Below, piece after piece: positions 50,085 to 59,533 of a stretch of 64,000 nt of DNA (position 1 is the stretch's first letter; every line of letters begins with the position of its first letter). This DNA is from an uncultured bacterium (GTDB lineage: Bacteria; Actinomycetota; Acidimicrobiia; Spongiisociales; UBA5794), in assembly GCA_963801165.1 (NCBI GenBank), contig CAWDDT010000005.1, forward strand, positions 64,001-128,000, read 5' to 3'. Below the pieces are notes generated by a model, which was given only the letters and a program-made list of their open reading frames with translations, did not search any database and was not told the origin of the DNA. Position numbers and translations under genes: made by a program.

Positions 50085-51115
50085 ATGGCTCGATGACCGA
50101 CGCCGACCAGGCTGCCCTCGACGAGGCGGCGTGGGGTCGCGGGGTCTCCCTCCTACACGATCCGAAGCGCTTTGCTAGCACCTATGCGGGCCAGCTCGGG
50201 ATAACCGGAGCGTTTCTGCTGCTCTGGATCGCGTTTCTGGTCACGGCTCCGGACACATTCACGCACATTGAGATCTATGCCGCGTTTGCTGCGACTATCC
50301 CTCTCTTCGGTATCGTCGCGATGCCGCTCACCATGGTGGTGACCGCGGGTGAGATCGACCTGTCCTTTCCTTCGACTTATGCGCTCGGCATGGTCGGATT
50401 CGTGCTGACATGGGAACACACGGGCAACGTCACGCTGGCGATCGCAGTCGCTCTTCTAATCGGTGCCGTCGCCGGGCTGATCAATGCCTTCGTCATCGTC
50501 CAGATCGGGGTACCGGCGCTCGTGGCTACCATCGGCACCCTCTTCTTCTTCCGGGGCCTGTCGCTGGTAGTGATCGGCGGCAGGAACATCACTCTGATAG
50601 ACACCCGGCCCTCGATTCTCTTCCGGCTGTTCGTCGGGGAGCTATACGGGATTCCGATGCAGTTCTTCTGGCTGCTGCTAGCGGCCGTGGCCACCTGGTT
50701 CCTTCTCAATCGTCACAAGTACGGCGCCGCCCTCTACGTCATCGGCGACAACGCCGAGACGGCCGAGCTCCAGGGCATAAAGACAAAACAGGTGCGTCTC
50801 ATCCTGTTCATCCTCGTTGGAGTTGCCGCCGCGTTCTCCGGGATCCTGTCGAGCCTGTTCATCGTCTCTTTCTTCCCGTCGGTCGGCGATGGTCAGCTGC
50901 TACCAGCCCTGGCTGCTGTGTTCGTTGGAGGCACGTCGGTCTTTGGCGGCAAGGGCACCGTGTGGGGAACCTTGCTCGGCGCCTTCATGATCGGAACCAT
51001 CAACGCCGGGATTGTCGCCGCCGGTCTCACCGGGTTCTACACCCAGCTCATCTACGGTGCCGTCATCGTCGTGTCGGTCTCCATCCACGCGATGGTGCAG
51101 CGACGTTTCGGGTGA
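50081..51115 (+). CDS. Sugar ABC transporter permease (RbsC type)
   Basis: GEIDLS, VPALVATIG, IGDN..AE..GI, AAVFVGGTS..GG.G. Confidence 0.93.
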   Translation: MNGSMTDADQAALDEAAWGRGVSLLHDPKRFASTYAGQLGITGAFLLLWIAFLVTAPDTFTHIEIYAAFAATIPLFGIVAMPLTMVVTAGEIDLSFPSTYALGMVGFVLTWEHTGNVTLAIAVALLIGAVAGLINAFVIVQIGVPALVATIGTLFFFRGLSLVVIGGRNITLIDTRPSILFRLFVGELYGIPMQFFWLLLAAVATWFLLNRHKYGAALYVIGDNAETAELQGIKTKQVRLILFILVGVAAAFSGILSSLFIVSFFPSVGDGQLLPALAAVFVGGTSVFGGKGTVWGTLLGAFMIGTINAGIVAAGLTGFYTQLIYGAVIVVSVSIHAMVQRRFG

Positions 51116-51116
51116 T

Positions 51117-51938
51117 CTAGGCCACAACCGCCCCGGGTCCCACCAGGTGAACGGGGATCCCAAGCTTCTCCAACGAGACGACCAACTCGGCGGGCGCGGC
51201 CGCGTCCGTGATGACGGCATCGATCCGATCGGTTCGGCAGAAGGTCGCCACCGCCGCCCGGCCCCACTTGGTATGGTCGACGATCGCCACGACCCGGCGC
51301 GCCGTGGCGACCATGGATCGCTTGAGCTGGGCCTCTTCCTCCATGGAGTCGGACAGCCCCGACTCGATCGTGAAGCCGGCGGCACCGACAAACGCGGTCT
51401 GAACGTTGACCTTGCGGAACATCGCTCCACCGAGATGACCCAGCAGCGAGAGCGCCTCGGGCCGGAGACGCCCGCCCGGCATGAGTACAACGATCCCGGG
51501 ATGACTGGCAAGCTCCGCGGCGATCCTGATGCCGTTGGTGACCACGGTGAGCGCCCGCCAGCCGTCACGATCGCCCAGGTGACGAGCAACGTATAGGGCG
51601 GTCGTGCTGGCGTCGAGAGCGATGCCTTCGCCGTCTACCACCAGACCTGCGGCGAACTCGCCGATCTGTGATTTCTCCTCCCGCTGCAGCAGTTCGCGGA
51701 CGTCGAAGGCGAGCTCAGGCCGGTTGCGTTCGACCGCGATCGCCCCTCCGTGCGTCCGCACCAGGCGCCGCTCCGACTCGAGAAGAAGGAGGTCCTTGCG
51801 GATCGTCACGGCCGACACGCCGAACCGGGCTGCCAGATCCGACACCCGGGCCCGACCCTCCACCTCGACGAGGGCCGCTATCTGCTGCTGCCGCTCCTCG
51901 GCAAACACGCTATCGGATTGTCCTGCAGTTGTGGCCAT
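51117..51938 (-). CDS. DeoR/GlpR family regulator
   Basis: 'EERQQQI...VS..TIRKDL..LE...RTHGGA', DASTT, VVTN, DHTKW; start uncertain (51938 or 51983). Confidence 0.93.
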   Translation of the reverse strand: MATTAGQSDSVFAEERQQQIAALVEVEGRARVSDLAARFGVSAVTIRKDLLLLESERRLVRTHGGAIAVERNRPELAFDVRELLQREEKSQIGEFAAGLVVDGEGIALDASTTALYVARHLGDRDGWRALTVVTNGIRIAAELASHPGIVVLMPGGRLRPEALSLLGHLGGAMFRKVNVQTAFVGAAGFTIESGLSDSMEEEAQLKRSMVATARRVVAIVDHTKWGRAAVATFCRTDRIDAVITDAAAPAELVVSLEKLGIPVHLVGPGAVVA

Positions 51939-51948
51939 GTCGCGCACC

Positions 51949-53676
51949 CTAGCCGGAGGATTGTTTATCGACTTCGAGGCCATCACGCCTCCCGGCGTCG
52001 CGCAGCAGAGCCTCTTCAGCGGCCCTGGTCCAACGTCCACCGTCTAGCGCCGCCGCCACCGCAGGCACACGGTCCTGGAGCCGGGCAAGCGAGGTGAGCC
52101 CGAGGTTCGGGAGCGACGGGTAAACGATGATCTTGCCCGACGAAGTGCGAGCCTCGATGGCGGCCATGGCGTCGGCAAAGCCGGCGAATCCCGTCACCAT
52201 GTCCAACGAGATGTTGGTGTCGAGCTGGCCGCTCTCCACCTTCCGGAGGACGGCCTTCATGTCGTCGATCTTCGAGCCGCTGGTGCCGACGAAGTAGCAG
52301 CCGTTGGCGACGTACCGGTTCAAGTCGATCTCGGCCCGGGTTCCGACGGCGAAGCCGGCGAAGATGTTGATCCGGCCGTGCCTGCCCGCAAGAGCGAGTG
52401 ACCGGGCAACGAGTGCCGGCGCGGGCACCAGCAAGGCCACATAGCTGAACCCGGCTTCGAGCTGGGTGGTCGCGCTGTTCACAACCGTAAGGGCGACGTT
52501 GCGTTCGGCGGCGAGCGGCGCGGCCAGGTGCTCGAGGTGGGCGAGACGGGAATCATCGACGTCGACGGCGGCCACCGTGAGGTCCTGCCAGCCGCCCGAG
52601 ATGGAGCGAACGACATGCATCGAGCCCATCGGGCCTGCGGCGCCGATGACCGCGACCCGATCGCCGTCGCAAAGCTCGCCGTTTGCCGGAATTTCGCCGT
52701 AACCGTTCGCCGCCGAACCGGACGAGGTACCGGTCCAGCGGGTCAGGTCGTAGTGGATCCGACCCACGTCAACGGAGACCGGCCGGTCGATCAGCCGGCC
52801 GCCGGTGACGATGTCGATCACGCCGTACGGAGCCAACAGATCCTGAAGCTTCTCGATGACATTCGCTCTGGTCCCGAAGTACACGACGTCGTCGAAGGTC
52901 TGGGCGGGCAGCTCGTCGAGGCCAGCAGCTGCGGTTGCGGGCAAGGCGCCACTCTCGACCGCCGCGCCGGCGGCGAGGACAGTGGTGACCGACGCCGGTG
53001 GGCTAGCGGCCAAGAGTGTGCCAAGGCCATCGACAACGTGACCATCGTCCGCCACCACAAGAAGGCGACCACCGGCGAGAAGGTGGTTGCGTTCCTTGTA
53101 GGCATAGGCGGCTTCGACACAGGCCCAGGGCTCGACGAGCGCGATCGCGGAAGCGCTTGGTCCGTCACCAACCGGCAGCAGGAACCGCTCTCCAGTCTCG
53201 GGCTCCATGATGACCCGCTCGTCGAGCAGCACGTACTCCTGGAGCCCGCCTTCGAAGTTGTAGCCGAAAGCCGCGTTGGACACGGCGGTCGGTAGGTGCC
53301 GGTAGTCGGTCTCGACGAGCACACGCTCGCCCACCTCGTGGTGGCGCACCTCGTCGCCGACGGCGACGATCCGGCCCACCGCCTCGTGACCGGGAACTGT
53401 GGGCTTGGTGCCGGGGCAATACGAAGGGATCTCGGCCAGCACCCCTGCCGGTAGACCGGAGCGGACCTCACTCTTGCGCGGGTGGCTGGTGTAGGCGTGG
53501 AGGAGCTTGGTGTCCGAGAAACAGATCCCGCACGCCTCGACTTTGACGAGGATCTGGGTGGGTCCCACCGTCGGCACCGGCTTGGCACGGTTGTGGACGA
53601 TGTCGTTTGGACCGACGAACTGAATGGCGTGCTCGGTCTCTGGGATGTCGGGGGCACTCGCCCGCACTGTGCTCAC
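51949..53676 (-). CDS. Extended zinc-dependent MDR dehydrogenase, L-sorbose-1-phosphate reductase (SorE)-like
   Basis: CGICFSD, GHE, EPWACV catalytic-Zn motifs; GAAGPMG Rossmann motif; no structural-Zn Cys loop; 575 aa. Confidence 0.8.
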   Translation of the reverse strand: MSTVRASAPDIPETEHAIQFVGPNDIVHNRAKPVPTVGPTQILVKVEACGICFSDTKLLHAYTSHPRKSEVRSGLPAGVLAEIPSYCPGTKPTVPGHEAVGRIVAVGDEVRHHEVGERVLVETDYRHLPTAVSNAAFGYNFEGGLQEYVLLDERVIMEPETGERFLLPVGDGPSASAIALVEPWACVEAAYAYKERNHLLAGGRLLVVADDGHVVDGLGTLLAASPPASVTTVLAAGAAVESGALPATAAAGLDELPAQTFDDVVYFGTRANVIEKLQDLLAPYGVIDIVTGGRLIDRPVSVDVGRIHYDLTRWTGTSSGSAANGYGEIPANGELCDGDRVAVIGAAGPMGSMHVVRSISGGWQDLTVAAVDVDDSRLAHLEHLAAPLAAERNVALTVVNSATTQLEAGFSYVALLVPAPALVARSLALAGRHGRINIFAGFAVGTRAEIDLNRYVANGCYFVGTSGSKIDDMKAVLRKVESGQLDTNISLDMVTGFAGFADAMAAIEARTSSGKIIVYPSLPNLGLTSLARLQDRVPAVAAALDGGRWTRAAEEALLRDAGRRDGLEVDKQSSG

Positions 53677-53689
53677 ATTGAACCTCCGG

Positions 53690-55741
53690 TTAGCTGAGCA
53701 TCACCTGGCCACCGGTCACAGGTATGGCCTGGCCGGTCTCGTAGCGTTGCGCCACGACGTAGTAGATGGCCTCCATCACATCTGCCGGGGTACAGCCGCG
53801 GCCCATCGGGACCTTCGCCTCGTAGGCGTGGCGCACGTCCTCGATGGTCTTGGCCCCGGGCACTTTGCCCTCGCGCAGGTACTGGACAAAGAGCCCGCTC
53901 TCCGGGTCGGACCAAAGCGGGCCGTCGAGAAAGTTGCCCGGGCAGATCGCGTTGACCTTGATGCCGTCGCCAACCAACTCGAGTGCAAATGACTGGGTCA
54001 GGCCGATACCGCCGAACTTGCTCCCGGCGTAGGCGCTGTTGCGACTCGATCCGACCAGACCCGACTTCGAGTTGATCTCGATGATGTCGCCCCAGTAGTC
54101 GGGCTTGGTGCGGTGCTGCCGGGCGAGGATCGGGGCGCCGTTGCGGACGCACACAAAGAAACCGCGGTAGTTGACCCGCGTGACGGCATCGAACTCGGCT
54201 ACCGGGAGAGACGTAACACCGCCGGCCTTCAGGATGCCGGCATTGGAGATTATGAGATCGAAACCGCCGAAGCGACGGACGACTTCGTCGAAGCCGGCCG
54301 CCACCGACGCGTCGTCGGTCACGTCAACCGCCAGGGCCATGGCCCTTCCCATGCCGGAGCCGGCCGCAAGAGCCTTCGCCTCGGATTCCGCTTGGGCCGC
54401 GTTGAGATCCGCAAGCACCACGTGCGCCCCTTGGGCGACGAGGTCGCCGGCGATGGCCAATCCAAACCCCTGGGCGGCGCCTGTGACGACGGCGACCATG
54501 CGATCGGCGCGCCCCGGCCGGGCCGATCCCGCGGCGACCCGGCGGCGATCCTCCCCGGCTTCCCGGAGCTCGATGAACTTGCGCTCGTCCTCGGCGAGGG
54601 GTCGGATGCCGCCGAGCCCGGCGGCCAGTGTCGCCACCCGGACTGCATCGAGGTAGACGTCACGCACCACCTCGGCCCGGCCGATCGACGATCCCGCGGC
54701 GAAGAGACCCAGGTTGGGAACCACAACAACAGCGGGCTTGTAGCCGTGATCGCGTTCGAAGTCCTCGATGGCGGCTAGGACATCTGCGGCGAGATCACCG
54801 GCATCGAGGGTTCCGTCTGGACGCGGCTGGACCGGCTCGAGTATCAGCGGACATGATCCGGCGTAGACGATCTGGTCGGGGGTCAGCGGTCCCCGGGTGA
54901 GCAGCTTGTCGCCTGTAACGGGATGCTCGATCCGGGCGGCAAGAGAGCTGCCGTCGAAAGTGACTATCTCGAGTCGCGCACCGGTGGCGAGGGCGGCCCG
55001 TAGCGTGGGCCCGATGATGCGGACTGCCGCGGAGGCGACCGCGGGTTCCAGCGCCGGCTCGGCCCTACCCGTCTCCGCATTTCCGAGCCGATCACCTATG
55101 GCGCCGACGATCCTGCTGGAAATGCGGTCGATGTCGTCCGGGCTATCAGCAGCGACGATGAGCCCATGGTTCTGGAGCAGGAGTGCCACCGGCTCCGAAA
55201 CGCCGGTCCCGGCCTCGTGCTCACGCAACATCGCCCGGATCCGCCGGGCCAGGGGGAGACCGGGATTGGTGTACGGGATCCAGAGAACCTCGTCGCCGAA
55301 CAGCTCGGCGGCGAGATCTCGACCCCGGCTGCTGCAGGTCAGTGCGTTGATCGTGATCGGGTGGGTGTGCAGCACGTACCGCTGCGGGAGGAGGGCGTGG
55401 AAGAGGAACTCGCCCGAGAGGCGCCGGCCGTCACCGGGCCCGATCCCTGCCGCGACGGCCACCGCAATGGCCTGGTCGGTGTCGCCGGCGGGACCGGGCC
55501 GCTCCGGGGCATCGAGTAGGTCCAGCAGGGGCCGCAGCTCCAGACCGATGAAATCCTCGACCGTCAGGGTGGACAGCGGTGCTCCGCTCGGCTTGATGTA
55601 CAGCACACCGTCCGCCTTGACCGAGCTGTTGCCGATAACGGCCCGCGATAACTCCGGATCGAGGCCGTAACGGTGGGAAACCTCGACGATGGCAGCCAGC
55701 GCATGCGGCAGAGGGTTCTTGCTCATGGTCTGCTCGCTCAC
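53690..55741 (-). CDS. Class II aldolase/epimerase fused to a sorbitol-6-phosphate dehydrogenase (SrlD)-like SDR
   Basis: GNSSVK, KPSG, E...H, HTHP, QNHG; SDR TGAAQGFG, NAG, INSKSG, YAGSK. Confidence 0.85.
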   Translation of the reverse strand: MSEQTMSKNPLPHALAAIVEVSHRYGLDPELSRAVIGNSSVKADGVLYIKPSGAPLSTLTVEDFIGLELRPLLDLLDAPERPGPAGDTDQAIAVAVAAGIGPGDGRRLSGEFLFHALLPQRYVLHTHPITINALTCSSRGRDLAAELFGDEVLWIPYTNPGLPLARRIRAMLREHEAGTGVSEPVALLLQNHGLIVAADSPDDIDRISSRIVGAIGDRLGNAETGRAEPALEPAVASAAVRIIGPTLRAALATGARLEIVTFDGSSLAARIEHPVTGDKLLTRGPLTPDQIVYAGSCPLILEPVQPRPDGTLDAGDLAADVLAAIEDFERDHGYKPAVVVVPNLGLFAAGSSIGRAEVVRDVYLDAVRVATLAAGLGGIRPLAEDERKFIELREAGEDRRRVAAGSARPGRADRMVAVVTGAAQGFGLAIAGDLVAQGAHVVLADLNAAQAESEAKALAAGSGMGRAMALAVDVTDDASVAAGFDEVVRRFGGFDLIISNAGILKAGGVTSLPVAEFDAVTRVNYRGFFVCVRNGAPILARQHRTKPDYWGDIIEINSKSGLVGSSRNSAYAGSKFGGIGLTQSFALELVGDGIKVNAICPGNFLDGPLWSDPESGLFVQYLREGKVPGAKTIEDVRHAYEAKVPMGRGCTPADVMEAIYYVVAQRYETGQAIPVTGGQVMLS

Positions 55742-56988
55742 GCCACCACCGCCGTGCTCTGTGCGCTCGCAATCACTTGCTCCCCGAGCTCGCGGAACCA
55801 GCGGATCCGCGTCTCACCGTCGGTGAACCCGGTGGCGAGCTGCCCCCCGGCGTCGACGTAGCCGGGCCGGTCTGTCTGGCGCAGATGTTGATGGGCCGCG
55901 ATCACGCAGGTTGCTTCCCAGAATGTCGTTCGGGCCATGTCCGACGGCGCGACCCCGCCCCGGCAGGCCGGCGTCAGGGGGATCATGCGCTGGGTGTTGT
56001 GCTCGGTGCCGGCCAGCACCAGTATCCCGGCCTCACGAAGCACGGATACGTATCGATCTACCGTCTCAGGGGCGTTGCGGGCCGGAATCAGCTCGGCGCA
56101 GTAGACGCCCCGATCGAGCAGCGCCTGAGCCAGCGCCACCGGCGGGTCCTCGAAGGGGCACACCGGTTCCGCGCCGTCGGCGAGGATGGGATAACAGGGA
56201 ATCCCGTCCAGCTCCAGCACGAGCCGATAGGCGTCATCGAAAGATACCTCGGCGTCCGGTACGAAGGCGGGCCGGCCGGCCTTCATGAGCTTGGAGCGGA
56301 TGGCGTTCTGAAGAGCGATCGGGTCGGTGACGATGGTCGGGTCCGCGGCAGATCCCAGCAACGCCGCCAGCACGGTCCCGCGCTCCCCGGGATCAAATTG
56401 CGCGTACACGCTCTCCTGGAGGGCACGGGCGAGATGGCGCTCCTGGAGCGAGACCCATCCGGCGGGGACACCGCTCCTCCTCGCCACATCGCCAACGATG
56501 TTCTCGATGGTGGGCGGCTGGTCGATACCGGCCGCGAGCCCGAGATCGGTCAGCCGGGCCGCCATCGCGTTCATTCGCTTCTCACTCGAAGCGCGGATCT
56601 TGTCCAGGAGGCGTGTCGCCACCAGGCCCGGGGCCCTGTAGCCTGCCATTGCCTTGCCGCACATGTAGGTGCGGCCCGGGTTATCCGGATCGTTCACCAG
56701 AACGCCTTCGGCCCGCAGATCTTCCTGGAGGGTGATGATCTCGGTGCCGAAGAGCGGAGCGATGCGAGCGGCCGCACACGCCCGGGCGAAACGGTCATAG
56801 ATGCTGAAATCGAAGTAGTTGGAGGCTCCGACCGCGACCACGCCTTCGTCTCGGGCACGGTTCACAACGGCCTCCACGTCCTCGAACGCCGAAAAGTTGG
56901 GCGGCAGGTGCACGTGCGCATTGACGGGCCTCGGACCCGGTTCCCGGTCGATGGAGTGTGAACTATTGTCGAGGGCGGTGCGTGTCAC
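55738..56988 (-). CDS. PHP-superfamily metallohydrolase-like protein
   Basis: N-terminal NAHVH, 'GTEI', 'ELIP.RN', 'GTEHN'; translationally coupled to the aldolase-SDR gene. Confidence 0.7.
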   Translation of the reverse strand: MTRTALDNSSHSIDREPGPRPVNAHVHLPPNFSAFEDVEAVVNRARDEGVVAVGASNYFDFSIYDRFARACAAARIAPLFGTEIITLQEDLRAEGVLVNDPDNPGRTYMCGKAMAGYRAPGLVATRLLDKIRASSEKRMNAMAARLTDLGLAAGIDQPPTIENIVGDVARRSGVPAGWVSLQERHLARALQESVYAQFDPGERGTVLAALLGSAADPTIVTDPIALQNAIRSKLMKAGRPAFVPDAEVSFDDAYRLVLELDGIPCYPILADGAEPVCPFEDPPVALAQALLDRGVYCAELIPARNAPETVDRYVSVLREAGILVLAGTEHNTQRMIPLTPACRGGVAPSDMARTTFWEATCVIAAHQHLRQTDRPGYVDAGGQLATGFTDGETRIRWFRELGEQVIASAQSTAVVA

Positions 56989-57046
56989 GGGCCGCAGCTC
57001 CGGTCAGGGTCTCGCCGGCAACGTCTTCGGAGCGACACCGGCTGGC

Positions 57047-57132
57047 TTTCGACTATTTACGATTCGTTACTATTGTCTTATACTACGACATGAATTTGAC
57101 GGTCACAACCACCGAATCGAAAGAATATGAAA
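57047..57132. promoter_or_regulatory. AT-rich divergent promoter with inverted candidate DeoR sites
   Basis: TTTCGACTATTTACGATTCG (57047-57066) and CGAATCGAAAGAATATGAAA (57113-57132) are imperfect inverted copies. Confidence 0.5.
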
Positions 57133-57191
57133 TCGCTCTCCCCGACCCGGAAACGGTCCGGGAACGGCTATCGACCCCATCGAGGTGAGAA

Positions 57192-59498
57192 ATGATGGCG
57201 ACGGAGACTGCATATCGGAGCGACACCCGGCCCGGCTTTGCACCGTTCGAGGTGTCGCTGGGCTCGATTGGAGGCTTCGTCTACACGGGCGATCTCAGCT
57301 CGGAGCTCGGTGCCGGCCGCCTCACCCCCGCGTCGACACTTGATCTGCTCGACGACATGCTCGCGATCCGTGAGCTCGAAGAGATGATCGTCCGTCTCCG
57401 CTCGGGTGGCTACGACCCGCTACCCGGCTACGACTACCGGGGCCCCACCCACGTCTCCATCGGCCAGGAAGCGAGCGCCGTGGGGGCCTCGAGCGTCCTC
57501 CGCCTCGATGACCATGTCACCAGCAGCCACCGCGGACACGGCGACGCGATCGCAAAGGGTTTCTCAGCGATGCGGGCGATGACGGACGATCAGCTGCGGG
57601 CGCGAGTACCCGGCGCGAGTGCAAACAGCCATGACGACCTGCTGGCGGGTGCTCTCGAAGAACATGTGTACCGGGTAATCGCCGAGCTGTTCGGCAAGGA
57701 AGAGGGATACTGCAAGGGCCGCGGTGGGGGCATGCACATCGGTGACTTCTCCACCGGTCACCTGGGCGCCAATGCCATCGTGGGTGGCAGTGTGCCAATC
57801 GCAACGGGTGCGGCGATGGCTCTGCGTTACCAGGGCTCCGACCGCGTTGTGTGCTGCTTTGCCGGTGATGGAGCCTACGCAAACGGCGTCGTGCTCGAAT
57901 CCCTCAACTGGGCCGTTCAGGAGCAATGGACAAACCACCTGGCCGGCGACCACGCCGGCGGGTTGCCCGTCATCTTCTTCGTCCAAAACAACCATTACGG
58001 CATGACCCACCGCACCGATGACGAGGTCATGGGCGTAAGCCATCTCGCCCGCCGCGGCGCCGGCTTCGCCGAGAACAACATGCACGCCGAGACGGTGAAC
58101 GGTATGGACGTTCTGGCGGTTCGCGACGCGGTCACCCGAGCTGTGGCTCTGTGTCGTGAAGGCGAGGGTCCCGTCCTCATCGAGGCGAGCACATACCGCT
58201 ACTACGGGCACTCTCTCTCGGATCCGCGCAACGAGTATCGGACCCGGGAAGAGGAGGCTGCCTGGCGTGCAGTCGATCCAATCGAGCATCTCAAGAGACA
58301 GCTCCAAGAAACGGGCGCGGCCGACGAAGCCACGATTGCCGCGGTTGTGGCCAATGCCAGGGATCGGAACGCCCGCGCCGCTCTGCGCGCTTCACAGGCC
58401 ACCGATCCTGATCCGGCCGACGTCACCCGCTACCTGTTCACCGACACTGCCGCGGACGTGGTGCCCGAACCTGACCGGGTGGTTGCCACCCTGGCGGACC
58501 CCCCGGTGGCCGCCCGCGGCCCGGACGGCGAGATCAGCTACAAGGATGCCCTCCGCGATGCCCTGACCGAGGAGATGCTGCGCGACCGGCGCGTCATTGC
58601 CTACGGGGAGGACATAGCCGAGTATGGCGGTGCCTTCAAGCTCACCAAGGGGCTTCTGGAGACATTCGGCCGACAGCGCATCTTCAACACCCCGATCTCC
58701 GAAGCATGTATCTGCGGGACCGCGGTCGGTGCCTCGATGGTCGGGCTACGGCCGGTCGTCGAGTTGATGTACATGGATTTCGCTCTCATGGCCTCGGACC
58801 AGATCGCCAACCAGGCGGCCAAGTGGCACTACATGTCGGGGGCGCAGACCGAGGTGCCGCTGGTAATTCGCGCTTCTGTCGGCGCCGGCAAGGGCTACGG
58901 AGGCCAGCATTCCCAGTCGCTCGAGAGCGTCTTCACCCACATCCCCGGCATCTACGTCCTGTATCCGGCAACGCCTGGCGATGCCAAGGGCCTTCTCAAG
59001 AGCGCGATCAGGGACAACAACCCGGTTCTGTTTGTCGAGAGCCAGGGCCTGTATGCGACCAAGGGATTCGTCCCGGAGGGTGAGGTCCTGACGCCGATCG
59101 GCGTCGCCCGCGTCGCACGGGAGGGCTCGGACGTCACCATCGTGGCCTGGGGCCCGGCCGTCGTCGACGCCATGAAGGCAGCCGATCGCCTGGCTGCCGA
59201 GAGAAGCATCTCGGCCGAGGTCATCGACCTGCGCAGCCTCTTCCCGCTGGACATGGAAACCGTATTGAACTCGATCGCCAAGACGGGGCGCGGTGTCGTT
59301 GCCACGCAGGCGGTCCTCACCGGCAGCTTCGTCAACGAGATCGTGGCTCGCATCCAGTTCGAGGCATTCGACGAGCTAGATGCCCCCATCGCCCGCGTTG
59401 GTGCCGCTTTCGGCATCAGCCCCCAGGCCGAGGGACTCGAGCGGGCCTTCCTGCCCGACGCCACGACCATCTTCGACGCGGCTGCCGGCCTCCTGTGA
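57192..59498 (+). CDS. Fused 2-oxoacid/acetoin dehydrogenase E1 alpha+beta
   Basis: H..IGQEA, SHRGHG, ThDP motif GDG...NN, YRYYGHS.SD; beta GEDI, NTPISE, GQHSQ, DLRSL.PLD. Confidence 0.92.
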   Translation: MMATETAYRSDTRPGFAPFEVSLGSIGGFVYTGDLSSELGAGRLTPASTLDLLDDMLAIRELEEMIVRLRSGGYDPLPGYDYRGPTHVSIGQEASAVGASSVLRLDDHVTSSHRGHGDAIAKGFSAMRAMTDDQLRARVPGASANSHDDLLAGALEEHVYRVIAELFGKEEGYCKGRGGGMHIGDFSTGHLGANAIVGGSVPIATGAAMALRYQGSDRVVCCFAGDGAYANGVVLESLNWAVQEQWTNHLAGDHAGGLPVIFFVQNNHYGMTHRTDDEVMGVSHLARRGAGFAENNMHAETVNGMDVLAVRDAVTRAVALCREGEGPVLIEASTYRYYGHSLSDPRNEYRTREEEAAWRAVDPIEHLKRQLQETGAADEATIAAVVANARDRNARAALRASQATDPDPADVTRYLFTDTAADVVPEPDRVVATLADPPVAARGPDGEISYKDALRDALTEEMLRDRRVIAYGEDIAEYGGAFKLTKGLLETFGRQRIFNTPISEACICGTAVGASMVGLRPVVELMYMDFALMASDQIANQAAKWHYMSGAQTEVPLVIRASVGAGKGYGGQHSQSLESVFTHIPGIYVLYPATPGDAKGLLKSAIRDNNPVLFVESQGLYATKGFVPEGEVLTPIGVARVAREGSDVTIVAWGPAVVDAMKAADRLAAERSISAEVIDLRSLFPLDMETVLNSIAKTGRGVVATQAVLTGSFVNEIVARIQFEAFDELDAPIARVGAAFGISPQAEGLERAFLPDATTIFDAAAGLL

Positions 59499-59533
59499 GA
59501 TCCAAAGAGTTGAGCTAGAGCTGAGGAGTACCG

